Assembly (NCBI GenBank): GCA_964352425.1
Contig: CAYGRZ010000001.1
Location: 64,672 to 128,671 of the forward strand
Reading direction: 5' to 3'
Length of the DNA: 64,000 bases
Source of the DNA: an uncultured Planctomycetia bacterium
GTDB lineage: Bacteria; Omnitrophota; Gorgyraeia; 2-01-FULL-45-10
The position numbers and the translations under genes were made by a program. Position 1 is the stretch's first letter; each line of letters begins with the position of its first letter. Positions 43,688 to 54,123 of the stretch are shown piece after piece. The notes below the pieces were generated by a model. It ran no database searches, had not been told where the DNA came from, and saw nothing but the letters and a program-made list of their open reading frames with translations.

Positions 43688-45880
43688 ATGTCTGTCAGGC
43701 AAGATGCATTGTTCAGGATCAATGGCAACAAGGTCGACGCGATCGAGGAGATAAAGAAGGTTTCCTCGTATTACGGAGAGAATACTTTCAACCTATCGAC
43801 GATGAAGAAGCATATCTCCGAGGCGACATTCAACGCTTTCAAGCGCTGGATGTCGGAAGGCGCGATCATCTCGCTCGAAGAGGCCAATGAAATAGCCAAT
43901 GCCATGAAGGAGTGGGCGATGGCCAAGGGTGCGACTTATTACACGCACTGGTTCCAGCCCATGACCGGCCTCACCGCAGAAAAGCACGACAGCTTCATCT
44001 CTATCGTGGAGCACGGCAAGGTCATCGAAAAGTTTTCCGGCTCCAAGCTTATCCAGGGCGAGCCGGACGCATCGAGCTTCCCTTCAGGCGGGATACGCGC
44101 CACGTTCGAAGCGCGCGGCTATACCGCATGGGACCCCTCGAGCCCGGCGTTCATCATCGAATCGAAGCTCGGCAAGACGCTCTGCATCCCTACGATATTC
44201 ATATCATATAACGGAGAGGCCCTGGACAAGAAGCTCCCATTGCTGCGATCAGACAATGCCCTGAACAAAGCGGCGATAAACCTGCTGAATCTCTTTGGTC
44301 ACAAGGACGTGAAGAAGGTCTTCTCGACATGCGGGCCGGAGCAGGAGTATTTCCTGATCGATAAAAACTACTACAATCTGCGGCAGGACCTAATCATGAC
44401 GGGCCGCACGCTTGTCGGCGCGCCATCCCCGAAAGGACAACAGCTCGAAGACCAATATTTCGGCACGATCAAGGAACGCGTGATAAATTACATGTTCGAG
44501 GTCGCTGAAGAGGCATACAGGCTCGGCATTCCCTTAATGACCAGACACAACGAGGTTGCGCCGCACCAGTACGAATTCGCTCCGATATTCGAGGAGTCGA
44601 ATATTGCAGCCGACCATAACCAGTTACTCATGGAGATCATGAAGAAGGTCGCCTTGAGACACGGGCGCGTCTGCCTGCTGCACGAGAAGCCGTTCGCAGG
44701 GATTAACGGCAGCGGTAAGCACCTGAACTGGTCCCTTGCCGATGACAAGGGCAACAACCTGCTTAATCCCGGCGAGACGCCGGAGGATAACCTGCAGTTC
44801 CTCACGGTGCTTGTGGCGGTATTGCGGGCTGTGTACGTGCACGCAGATCTTCTGCGTGCCAGCGTCGCGCTGGCCGGCAACGAGCACCGGCTTGGCGCAA
44901 ATGAAGCTCCACCTGCCATCATCAGCGTCTTCCTTGGCGACCAGCTCACGTCAATCCTTGACATGATAGAGAAGGGCGTAAAGACGAAGGTCTCGAAGCA
45001 CGACATTGTCGATCTCGGCATTGCGACGTTACCGCAATTCAATAAGGATGCGACCGACCGCAACCGCACGTCGCCGTTCGCGTTCACCGGCGCAAAGTTC
45101 GAGTTCCGTGCAGTCGGCTCATCGCAGAACATATCGACGCCGATAGCGGTGGTGAACACGATCATCGCGGAGTCGCTCGACTACGTAGCCGACAGGATAA
45201 AGAAGGCAGCCGCAGGCAAGGATTTTAATACCGCGGTCCTGAAGACGATAGCCGAGCTCATTAAAGAGACGAAGGCGATCCGGTTCGAGGGCAATAACTA
45301 TGCAGAAGAGTGGCTGAAAGAAGCGAAGAAGAGGAAGCTGCCCAATGTGGCATCTACGGCAGAGGCGCTCGAAGCGTTGATCGAAAAGAAGAATATCGAG
45401 CTTTTCGAAAAATACAAAGTATTCTCAAAGGAAGAGATCGTGGCGCGATACCATATCTGGATCCACATGTATAATACGATCCTCGAGATCGAGGCTAATA
45501 CGCTCAACGAAATGGTCAATGCGAGCGTCGTGCCGTTCGGCCTGGAATATGAAAAGCTCCTGGCCGAGAACCTCGCCGACCTTGTGGGGCTCAAGAAGAA
45601 TGCGAAACTGAAGGTCGAGCCCGCGGCACTCGAAGACCTGAAGAGGCACCTGGGCGATGTCGTCTCAATGATCTACTATGTCAGGCGCAATACTGCTGCT
45701 ATGGTCAAGCTTTTGGAGAAGACCAAGAGAGCCCATCATGAAGAACGCGCTGCCATATATTTCATTGAGCTGAAGCCGATCATGGAGCACATCCGCAAGC
45801 ACGTCGATGCGCTCGAATGCGTCGTATCGGACGAGCACTGGGATCTGCCGAAGTACAGGGAGATGCTCTTCATTAAGTAA
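43688..45880 (+). CDS. glnA: glutamine synthetase, type III (GlnN-like)
   Basis: ~730 aa with GS-III architecture; AAGGAGGG RBS before the ATG at 43688; the upstream part of ORF 43628 lies on the repeat. Confidence 0.85.
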   Translation: MSVRQDALFRINGNKVDAIEEIKKVSSYYGENTFNLSTMKKHISEATFNAFKRWMSEGAIISLEEANEIANAMKEWAMAKGATYYTHWFQPMTGLTAEKHDSFISIVEHGKVIEKFSGSKLIQGEPDASSFPSGGIRATFEARGYTAWDPSSPAFIIESKLGKTLCIPTIFISYNGEALDKKLPLLRSDNALNKAAINLLNLFGHKDVKKVFSTCGPEQEYFLIDKNYYNLRQDLIMTGRTLVGAPSPKGQQLEDQYFGTIKERVINYMFEVAEEAYRLGIPLMTRHNEVAPHQYEFAPIFEESNIAADHNQLLMEIMKKVALRHGRVCLLHEKPFAGINGSGKHLNWSLADDKGNNLLNPGETPEDNLQFLTVLVAVLRAVYVHADLLRASVALAGNEHRLGANEAPPAIISVFLGDQLTSILDMIEKGVKTKVSKHDIVDLGIATLPQFNKDATDRNRTSPFAFTGAKFEFRAVGSSQNISTPIAVVNTIIAESLDYVADRIKKAAAGKDFNTAVLKTIAELIKETKAIRFEGNNYAEEWLKEAKKRKLPNVASTAEALEALIEKKNIELFEKYKVFSKEEIVARYHIWIHMYNTILEIEANTLNEMVNASVVPFGLEYEKLLAENLADLVGLKKNAKLKVEPAALEDLKRHLGDVVSMIYYVRRNTAAMVKLLEKTKRAHHEERAAIYFIELKPIMEHIRKHVDALECVVSDEHWDLPKYREMLFIK

Positions 45881-45896
45881 TGATAATGGCGTGCAT

Positions 45897-46163
45897 ATGA
45901 TGACGATCCTGATGGAACATGATGAGAACAAGATCCGGGAGATGCTCAATCAGCTCCTGACTGAAGAGCATTCGGAAGCAAAACGCGGCATCCTGTACAG
46001 GACGATCGTCAACGCGATCGAACGACCGCTCTTCGAGCATGTGCTGGAGCGAACAGATGGCAACCAGCTCAAGGCGGCCAGGATACTGGGGATCAACCGG
46101 AATACCATGCGTGCCAAGATAAGGAAGCTCGGCATAGACGTGCATAGATGGAAGGTGCATTAA
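45897..46163 (+). CDS. stand-alone Fis-type HTH DNA-binding protein (NtrC C-terminal-domain-like)
   Basis: GNQLKAARILGINRNTMRAKIRKLGI Fis/NtrC HTH; 88 aa. Confidence 0.6.
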   Translation: MMTILMEHDENKIREMLNQLLTEEHSEAKRGILYRTIVNAIERPLFEHVLERTDGNQLKAARILGINRNTMRAKIRKLGIDVHRWKVH

Positions 46164-46164
46164 G

Positions 46165-49100
46165 ATGAAGGACCAGCGAAGACCGGACAGGCAGGGCTTA
46201 TACGACCCGTCGTTCGAGCACGATGCGTGCGGGGTCGGATTCGTCTGCAATATCGCCGGTGCCGCATCGAATGAGATTGTCCGGCAGGGGATCGATGTCC
46301 TGAAGCGCCTGTCCCATCGCGGCGCCACGGGCGCCGACCCGAAGACGGGTGACGGCGCCGGCATCCTCATCCAGATGCCTCACGAGTTTCTCGCGCATGC
46401 CTGCTCCGCCATAGGCATACAGCTCCCGCCAAAGGGCGGCTACGGCACGGGGCTCATATTCCTGCCCGCGCAGGACGACGAGCGCACATTCTACAAACAG
46501 ACCATCGAGAAGGCGGCCGCCGAAGAGGGGCAGAAGGTCCTGGGATGGCGTACCGTGCCTGTAGACGATTCAGACATCGGCACCACTGCCAAAGAGACGA
46601 AACCTGCCATCGAGCAGATCTTCATAGCCAGGAGCGCCGACATCGCCGACACATTAGCGTTCGAGCGCGCGCTCTATATCATCCGTAAGAAGGCGGAGAA
46701 TGCCGTTTGCGAATCGGCGATCGCTCATAAATCGTTCTTCTACATCACCAATCTTTCGGCGAGGACGATCTCCTATAAAGGCCTCCTGATGCCGGGCCAG
46801 GTCGACGGCTTCTTCCTTGACCTCAAGGACCCGCTTGTGAAGAGCGCCATTTGCCTTGTGCATTCGCGCTACAGCACGAACACGTTTCCTACATGGGACC
46901 TCGCGCAGCCTTTCCGTTTCATAGCTCACAACGGCGAGATCAATACCCTGCGCGGCAACATCAACTGGATGAAGGCGCGCGAGAGCCTTCTGGAAAGCGA
47001 GCTCTTTGGTAAGAACCTGAAGAATATCAAGCCGGTCATCGTTCCGGGCGGCAGCGATTCGGCGACCATAGATAATGTCTTTGAGCTGTTGGCATTGTCC
47101 GGCAGAAGCCTGTCGCACGTAATGATGATGCTGATCCCGAGCGCGTGGGAACGCAATCTCTCTATAGACGCCAAGCAGCGCGACTTCTACAAATATCACG
47201 CCTGCGTCATGGAACCGTGGGACGGCCCGGCAGCCATTGTATTTACCGATGGCACGAGGGTAGGCGCGGTCCTCGACCGGAACGGTTTGAGACCGGCGCG
47301 CTATATTATTACGAAGAACGGCGTCGCGGTGATGGCGTCAGAGGCAGGCGTGATAGACATACCTCCGCAGGATATAGCACACTCGGGCAGGCTTGAACCA
47401 GGCAGGATATTCTTTATCAACACGGATGACAGTCGCATCATACATGACGACGAGCTGAAATCAATAATGGCGAAGAAACAGCCCTATGGCCAGTGGCTGA
47501 AAGAAGCCTTAGTCGAGCTCGAGGACGTTGCCGCGCACAAAGGCACAGGCCGCAGCAAAGCCGGTGACGATGTCTTCACGCTCATGCAGGCATTCGGCTA
47601 TACCAGAGACGACATGAAATACATCCTTAAACCCATGGCTCAGGACGGTAAAGAGCCTATCGGGTCGATGGGGAATGACACGCCGCATGCGCTTCTTTCG
47701 ATGAGGCCTCAGCTTTTGTACGCCTATTTCAAACAACTCTTCGCGCAGGTCACCAATCCGCCAATCGACCCCATACGGGAAGAATGTGTCATGAGCCTCG
47801 ACAGCTACATCGGGCCGCAGAAGAATCTACTCTCAGAGAGCCCGAAGCACTGCCATAAGCTGCATGTCAAAACGCCTGTCCTGACAAATGAAGAGCTGGA
47901 AAAGATACGCCATATTAAGGAGAACAGTTTCAGGACGAAGACGATATCGACTCTCTTTGCGCCGGACAATGAAAAGAACCTCTCCACCGCGCTCGACCGC
48001 GTGTGTGCCGAGGCGGAGGCGGCGATCGCTCATGGGTACAGCTTCATAATCCTGAGCGACAGGAACGTCGGCAGCGACGCCGCGGCTTTACCCGCCCTTG
48101 CCGTGATAGGCGCTGTCCATCACCACCTCGTGCGCAAGGCGCTCAGGACGCATATCGGGATCATCATAGAAAGCGGCGAGCCAAGGGAGGTACATCATTT
48201 CGCACTCCTCTTCGCATACGGCGCTGACTGCGTGAACCCGTATCTGGCGTATGACGCAGTATCATATCTTATTGAAACGAAAGAGCTTGATCTGGACAGG
48301 AAGAAAGCGCTCAATAATTACCGCCATGCCGTAGAGCACGGTATCCTGAAGATCATTTCGAAGATGGGCATCTCGACGCTCCAAAGCTACCGGGGCGCCC
48401 AGATATTTGAAGCGCTCGGTCTGCATGATGAAGTCATAGAGAAATGCTTTGAAGGGACCGTATCGAGGATAGGCGGCGCGCGGCTCGAGACGATCGCGAA
48501 AGAGACGATAGCCCGACACCGCGTGGCATATCCGGACGTGCCCTATAGGGCACCGATACTTGAAACCGGCGGCCTCTACCAGTACAAGATGGATGGCGAG
48601 TTCCACATGTGGAATCCGGACACGATCGCGAGCCTCCAGGACGCGACGCGGGAGAATGATTACAATAAATACAGGCAGTTCGCCAAACTTGTCAACGACC
48701 AGTCAAACTACCCGACGACGCTGCGCGGTCTTTTACAGTTCAAACAGGGCACGCCCGTTCCCATAGAAGAGGTCGAGCCCGTAGAATCAATATTCAAGCG
48801 GTTCGCGACAGGCGCCATGAGTTTCGGTTCCATTTCGAAGGGCGCACATGAGACGCTGGCGATCGCCATGAACAGGATAGGCGGCCGCTCGAATACAGGC
48901 GAAGGAGGGGAGGACCCTGCAAGGTTCTCGCCTCTGGCAAACGGAGATTCTACACGGAGTGCCATCAAGCAGGTCGCCTCAGGCAGGTTCGGCGTCACGA
49001 CGAATTACCTGGTCAATGCCGACGAACTGCAGATCAAGATAGCGCAGGGCGCGAAACCCGGTGAAGGCGGGCAGCTGCCCGGCCATAAAGTGAGCGCGAT

Positions 49101-50700
49101 AATAGCGCGTACACGCTATACTACGCCGGGCGTGACTTTAATATCGCCTCCACCACACCATGACATCTATTCGATCGAAGACCTGGCGCAGCTCATCTTT
49201 GACCTGAAGAACGTCAATCCCAGGGCGCGCATAAGCGTGAAGCTCGTATCGGAGGCCGGTGTCGGCACCGTCGCTGCCGGCGTCGCAAAAAGCCGCGCCG
49301 ACATGATACTGATCTCGGGCGGCGACGGCGGGACCGGGGCATCGCCCTTAAGCTCGATCAAACATGCAGGCCTCCCGTGGGAACTCGGCCTTTCCGAGAC
49401 ACACCAGACGCTGGTCCTCAATGACTTGAGAAGCCGCGTGCGGCTGCAGACGGACGGACAGATGAGGACGGGCAGGGACGTTGCCATCGCCGCACTCCTA
49501 GGCGCCGAGGAATACGGGTTCTGTACTGCCGCGCTCATCGTCCTCGGCTGCGTCATGCTGCGCCACTGCAACCTGAACAACTGCTCCGTCGGCGTCGCGA
49601 CACAGGACGATATCCTGCAGAAGCGGTTCCGCGGCAGGCCCGAATATATAATCAATTACCTGACCTTCGTTGCCCAGGAACTGCGCGAGATCATGGCCTC
49701 TCTTGGTTTCAGGACGGTCGACGAGATGATCGGCAGGACGGACCTCCTGGAAGTGAATACCGGGATACTGCCGTGGAAGGCGCAGGCAATTGATTTTTCA
49801 AAGATATTGCATAAACCCGATGTCAGGCCAGGCGTCGCTACGCATTGCACTATCAAACAGGACCATGTTATAGAGCAGATACTCGACCGAAAACTTATTG
49901 AAATGGCAAAAGCCGCCATCGACGAAGGCTGTCCTGTCAGGGTAGAGCTCGATATAACCAACCGCGACAGGGCCACAGGCGCTCACCTAAGCGGCGAGAT
50001 CTGCGCTCGCCACGGCGAGGAGGGCCTCCCTGAGGATTCCGTTCATTGCTTGTTCAAAGGCATTGCAGGCCAGAGCTTCGGGGCGTGGTTGACGAGGGGT
50101 GTGACATTCGAGCTTGAGGGGATGGCCAATGACTACGTCGGCAAGGGCATATCCGGCGGCAGGATCATCATATATCCGGACAAGAAATGCGGTTATAAAC
50201 CGGAGGAGAACGTTATCATAGGCAATACCGCCTTCTATGGCGCTATCAACGGCGAGGCATATATACGGGGAGTTGCCGGCGAGCGGTTCTGCATACGCAA
50301 CTCCGGCCTCAACGCCGTTGTCGAGGGCGTCGGCGACCACGGCTGCGAATACATGACCGGCGGAAGGATCGTGGTGCTTGGCCGCACGGGCAGGAACTTC
50401 GGGGCGGGCATGTCCGGCGGCATCGCGTACGTCTACGATGCAGACGGCACATTCAAGGATAAGTGCAATATGGAGATGGTGGAACTCGAACGGGCTTCCG
50501 TCGATGACGAGATCACGGTCAGGGAACTGGTGACCAACCACTATAAGGCAACGGGAAGCACCGTAGCGAAGAAGGTGCTTGGTGATTTCACGAACAGTAT
50601 GAAGCACATGGTCAAGGTGATGCCTATTGAATACAAGCGCGTGCTGGGCTCAAAAGAGATAGAGGCCTCGATGGACCTCTCAGAGGTGTACGATGGGTGA
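46165..50700 (+). CDS. gltB: glutamate synthase large subunit
   Basis: 1511 aa; N-terminal amidotransferase CGVGFV; FMN and Fe-S domains. Confidence 0.9.
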   Translation: MKDQRRPDRQGLYDPSFEHDACGVGFVCNIAGAASNEIVRQGIDVLKRLSHRGATGADPKTGDGAGILIQMPHEFLAHACSAIGIQLPPKGGYGTGLIFLPAQDDERTFYKQTIEKAAAEEGQKVLGWRTVPVDDSDIGTTAKETKPAIEQIFIARSADIADTLAFERALYIIRKKAENAVCESAIAHKSFFYITNLSARTISYKGLLMPGQVDGFFLDLKDPLVKSAICLVHSRYSTNTFPTWDLAQPFRFIAHNGEINTLRGNINWMKARESLLESELFGKNLKNIKPVIVPGGSDSATIDNVFELLALSGRSLSHVMMMLIPSAWERNLSIDAKQRDFYKYHACVMEPWDGPAAIVFTDGTRVGAVLDRNGLRPARYIITKNGVAVMASEAGVIDIPPQDIAHSGRLEPGRIFFINTDDSRIIHDDELKSIMAKKQPYGQWLKEALVELEDVAAHKGTGRSKAGDDVFTLMQAFGYTRDDMKYILKPMAQDGKEPIGSMGNDTPHALLSMRPQLLYAYFKQLFAQVTNPPIDPIREECVMSLDSYIGPQKNLLSESPKHCHKLHVKTPVLTNEELEKIRHIKENSFRTKTISTLFAPDNEKNLSTALDRVCAEAEAAIAHGYSFIILSDRNVGSDAAALPALAVIGAVHHHLVRKALRTHIGIIIESGEPREVHHFALLFAYGADCVNPYLAYDAVSYLIETKELDLDRKKALNNYRHAVEHGILKIISKMGISTLQSYRGAQIFEALGLHDEVIEKCFEGTVSRIGGARLETIAKETIARHRVAYPDVPYRAPILETGGLYQYKMDGEFHMWNPDTIASLQDATRENDYNKYRQFAKLVNDQSNYPTTLRGLLQFKQGTPVPIEEVEPVESIFKRFATGAMSFGSISKGAHETLAIAMNRIGGRSNTGEGGEDPARFSPLANGDSTRSAIKQVASGRFGVTTNYLVNADELQIKIAQGAKPGEGGQLPGHKVSAIIARTRYTTPGVTLISPPPHHDIYSIEDLAQLIFDLKNVNPRARISVKLVSEAGVGTVAAGVAKSRADMILISGGDGGTGASPLSSIKHAGLPWELGLSETHQTLVLNDLRSRVRLQTDGQMRTGRDVAIAALLGAEEYGFCTAALIVLGCVMLRHCNLNNCSVGVATQDDILQKRFRGRPEYIINYLTFVAQELREIMASLGFRTVDEMIGRTDLLEVNTGILPWKAQAIDFSKILHKPDVRPGVATHCTIKQDHVIEQILDRKLIEMAKAAIDEGCPVRVELDITNRDRATGAHLSGEICARHGEEGLPEDSVHCLFKGIAGQSFGAWLTRGVTFELEGMANDYVGKGISGGRIIIYPDKKCGYKPEENVIIGNTAFYGAINGEAYIRGVAGERFCIRNSGLNAVVEGVGDHGCEYMTGGRIVVLGRTGRNFGAGMSGGIAYVYDADGTFKDKCNMEMVELERASVDDEITVRELVTNHYKATGSTVAKKVLGDFTNSMKHMVKVMPIEYKRVLGSKEIEASMDLSEVYDG

Positions 50701-52138
50701 CGCGAAGGGTTTCCTGAAATTCGGAAGGGCATATCCGGGATACAGGCCGGCATGGGAGCGCCTGTCAGATTACGATGAGGTAGCCTTGCCGCGGCCGGAG
50801 ACCTTCTCCAAAGAGCAGGCCTCGCGGTGCATGGACTGCGGCACGCCGTTCTGCCACTGGGCATGCCCGATCGGCAATTACATACCCGAGTGGAACGACC
50901 ACATGTTCCGCGGACGATGGGATAAGGCGCTCGAGTTGCTCCATGCGACCAATAACTTCCCTGAGATCACCGGGAGATTATGCCCGGCGCTGTGCGAATA
51001 CGCCTGCGTTCTCGGTATCAATGATGAGGGTGTCACGATCCGGGAGAACGAGCTTGCCATTATCGAGCACGCCTTCAAGGCCGGCATGATCAAAGCACAC
51101 AGGCCGAAGAAACGGACCGGTAAAAAAGTTGCGGTTGTTGGCTCAGGGCCAGCAGGCCTTGCGGCGGCCGACCAGCTTAATAGGGCCGGCCATACCGTTA
51201 CGGTCTTCGAAAGAGACGATAAGCCTGGTGGCATACTACGCTACGGGATACCGGACTTCAAGCTGGATAAGTCGCTCCTCGACAGGCGTATTACCCTGTT
51301 GAAGAAAGAGGGCATTGAATTCATAACCGGCACATGCGTCGGCAAAGATATTATGCCGGCAAAGCTGGTAAAAGAGTATGACGCGGTCTGCTTTGCGGCA
51401 GGAAGCCGCGTCCCGCGAGACCTTACAATACCGGGCAGGGAGCTTTGCGGCATACATTTTGCAATGGATTACCTCATACAATCCAACAAAGTCGTTGCCG
51501 GCTGCAAGATCCCCGCAGATAAGCGTATCAATGCCAAAGGCAAGCACGTCGTTGTGATCGGTGGCGGCGATACCGGCGCCGACTGCGTCGGCACTGCGCA
51601 CCGGCAAGGCGCGTTATCCGTAGTCCAGATAGAGGTTTTGCCTAAGCCGCCTGAGTGCCGCACGAACGATTACTCGTGGCCTAAATATCCGCTCCTCCTA
51701 AAAACAACGACGAGCCATGAAGAGGGCGGTGAGCGCCACTGGTCGATATTAACGAAGGCGTTCACGGGCGAAGACGGCCGCGTGAACAGGATATCATGCG
51801 CCAGGATCGATTTTTCTCAAAAGGACGCTAAAAGCTGTCCGACCATGATAGAAGTGCCGAACAGCCAATTCACGATCAAGACCGACCTCGTCATCCTGGC
51901 CATCGGGTTCGTCCATCCTGAACATGACGGTCCCGTTAAAGACCTGGGGCTCGTCCTCGACAAGCGAGGAAATGTTCAAACGGGGGACGATTATCAAACC
52001 TCAGTAAAAGGGGTCTTTTCGGCCGGCGATATGAGGAGGGGTCAGTCGCTCGTAGTGTGGGCCATATCGGAAGGCAGGCGCGCCGCGCACGCGATTGATA
52101 AATATCTGATGGGCACCACCAACCTGCCTGCGATCTGA
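50693..52138 (+). CDS. gltD: glutamate synthase small subunit (NADPH)
   Basis: Cys clusters CMDCGTPFCHWACP and VAVVGSGPAGLAAA FAD/NAD-binding motif; ATG overlaps the gltB stop. Confidence 0.9.
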   Translation: MGDAKGFLKFGRAYPGYRPAWERLSDYDEVALPRPETFSKEQASRCMDCGTPFCHWACPIGNYIPEWNDHMFRGRWDKALELLHATNNFPEITGRLCPALCEYACVLGINDEGVTIRENELAIIEHAFKAGMIKAHRPKKRTGKKVAVVGSGPAGLAAADQLNRAGHTVTVFERDDKPGGILRYGIPDFKLDKSLLDRRITLLKKEGIEFITGTCVGKDIMPAKLVKEYDAVCFAAGSRVPRDLTIPGRELCGIHFAMDYLIQSNKVVAGCKIPADKRINAKGKHVVVIGGGDTGADCVGTAHRQGALSVVQIEVLPKPPECRTNDYSWPKYPLLLKTTTSHEEGGERHWSILTKAFTGEDGRVNRISCARIDFSQKDAKSCPTMIEVPNSQFTIKTDLVILAIGFVHPEHDGPVKDLGLVLDKRGNVQTGDDYQTSVKGVFSAGDMRRGQSLVVWAISEGRRAAHAIDKYLMGTTNLPAI

Positions 52139-52194
52139 TAAGGCATTGACAGCCGCACCCTGTGCTGATAAACTACCCGATAATAGGCTTAAAT

Positions 52195-52275
52195 ATGGAT
52201 ATGTTGTTCATAGGGATCATAGTCATTCTTTCTGCAGTCTCATTCCTCCTCATCGTGCTATGCGACAGCCTGTAA
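52195..52275 (+). CDS. 26-aa hydrophobic peptide (MDMLFIGIIVILSAVSFLLIVLCDSL), possible leader or KdpF-like micropeptide
   Basis: Single TM-like ORF between a candidate promoter (TTGACA at 52146) and kdpF; no clear RBS. Confidence 0.3.
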   Translation: MDMLFIGIIVILSAVSFLLIVLCDSL

Positions 52276-52288
52276 GGAGCGGAGATCT

Positions 52289-52381
52289 ATGGTAATTATT
52301 TATTGGATCGCCGGTTCTATTGCGCTTCTGTTATTTGCCTATCTCTTACTAGCGCTCCTCAAGCCGGAGATCTTTTCGTGA
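52289..52381 (+). CDS. kdpF: K+-transporting ATPase subunit F, 30 aa (not in the ORF track)
   Basis: MVIIYWIAGSIALLLFAYLLLALLKPEIFS resembles E. coli KdpF (...LLGYLVYALINAEAF); AAGGAGCGGAG RBS; its stop overlaps the kdpA GTG. Confidence 0.6.
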   Translation: MVIIYWIAGSIALLLFAYLLLALLKPEIFS

Positions 52382-54123
52382 TCTGGCATAATCTCATCCA
52401 AAGCTCCGTTTTTATCGGCGTGCTGCTTCTGGCGGTCAAGCCGCTTGGTCTCTATATGGCGCGAATATATGAGGGGAAGAGCACCGGCCTTACTGTATGG
52501 TTCGCGCCCCTAGAAAGCTCCATCTACCGCCTTTCGGGGGTTGATCCCGAAAAAGGCATGTCGTGGAAGCAATACGCTGTGGCACTGATGTTATTCAACA
52601 TCATCGGCATAGCAGCCGTCTACGCCATCCAACGTCTCCAGCCACATCTCCCTTTAAACCCTATGTCCATGCCGCCGGTGGCCCCTGATCTGGCATTTAA
52701 TACGGCGGTGAGTTTCGCGACAAATACGAACTGGCAGAGTTACGGCGGCGAAACTACATTGAGTTATTTTACGCAAATGGTTGCCCTGACAGTCCAGAAC
52801 TTCGTTTCCGCCGCGACCGGCATGGCTGTCCTTGTGGCGTTGACAAGAGGTTTTATACAAAAACAGGCCCAGACGATAGGAAATTTCTGGGTAGATCTGG
52901 TCAGGTCAACGCTATACATCCTTTTACCGCTATCACTGGCCTTATCCATCGCGCTGGTCTCGCAGGGCACAGTACAGACTTTCAGGCCATATGAGAAAGT
53001 TACGCTTATCCAGCCTGTAACAGACAGCGATGGGAAAATTGTCCGGGAACAGGTCATTGCCCTTGGTCCGGCTGCGTCGCAAATCGCTGTCAAGCAACTC
53101 GGAACGAATGGCGGCGGATTTTTCAATGTGAACTCTTCGCATCCATTCGAGAATCCGACACCCTTGTCTAATTTCCTTGAAGTCATCGCGATACTCCTGA
53201 TCCCGGCCGCATTGTGCTACACATTCGGATGCATGGTCAGGGACAGGCGTCAGGGGTGGGCACTTCTTACGGCAATGCTTATCATCTTTATTCCGTGTAT
53301 GTGGGCTTGCATGCACTTTGAACAAGCAGGCAATCCATTATTGAACAACCTATCTATCGATCAAAGAGCGACCCCCTTACAGGCCGGCGGCAACATGGAA
53401 GGAAAGGAAACCCGTTTCAGCATTGCAAGCTCCGCCATCTGGGCCACCGCCACAACAGCGGCTTCCAATGGCTCGGTGAACTCGATGCATGATTCGTACA
53501 CGCCCCTGGGGGGCATGGTCCCGATGTGGCTTATGCAGGTGGGGGAAGTGGTCTTTGGCGGAGCGGGATCGGGCCTTTACGGAATGATCGCCTTTGCGAT
53601 CCTCGCTGTTTTTATAGCCGGCCTCATGATAGGAAGGACCCCCGAGTATCTGGGAAAAAAGATCGAATCCTACGAAATGAAGATGGTGTCACTTGTGATC
53701 CTGATCCCGCCGATCATAGTTCTTCTTGGCACGGCTATATCGATCCTTGTGCCGCAGGGAAGATCGGCGATATCCAACCCCGGTCCCCATGGCTTAAGCG
53801 AGGTCCTGTATGCATTTTCGTCCGCAGGCAACAACAACGGCAGTGCCTTCGCGGGTCTTTCAACTAACAATCTTTTTTATAACATAGCTCTGGGATCGGC
53901 GATGTTTCTAGCGCGGTACTGGCTTATAATCCCGATGCTTGCTGTTGCCGGCTCGCTTTCCGGGAAGAAGAATGTCCCGGCCAGCCAGGGAACCCTGCCT
54001 ACGCATACGCCGCTTTTTATTGTGATCCTGGCCATGGTCGTATTGGTTGTCGGGGCCCTTACATTCTTTCCGGCCCTCGCATTAGGCCCAATTGCTGAGC
54101 ACGTAATGTCAGGCGGTCATTAA
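52378..54123 (+). CDS. kdpA: K+-transporting ATPase subunit A (GTG start inferred)
   Basis: KdpA-type 10-TM protein with selectivity-filter-like NGGGF; the start is placed at the GTG overlapping the kdpF stop. Confidence 0.85.
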   Translation: MIWHNLIQSSVFIGVLLLAVKPLGLYMARIYEGKSTGLTVWFAPLESSIYRLSGVDPEKGMSWKQYAVALMLFNIIGIAAVYAIQRLQPHLPLNPMSMPPVAPDLAFNTAVSFATNTNWQSYGGETTLSYFTQMVALTVQNFVSAATGMAVLVALTRGFIQKQAQTIGNFWVDLVRSTLYILLPLSLALSIALVSQGTVQTFRPYEKVTLIQPVTDSDGKIVREQVIALGPAASQIAVKQLGTNGGGFFNVNSSHPFENPTPLSNFLEVIAILLIPAALCYTFGCMVRDRRQGWALLTAMLIIFIPCMWACMHFEQAGNPLLNNLSIDQRATPLQAGGNMEGKETRFSIASSAIWATATTAASNGSVNSMHDSYTPLGGMVPMWLMQVGEVVFGGAGSGLYGMIAFAILAVFIAGLMIGRTPEYLGKKIESYEMKMVSLVILIPPIIVLLGTAISILVPQGRSAISNPGPHGLSEVLYAFSSAGNNNGSAFAGLSTNNLFYNIALGSAMFLARYWLIIPMLAVAGSLSGKKNVPASQGTLPTHTPLFIVILAMVVLVVGALTFFPALALGPIAEHVMSGGH

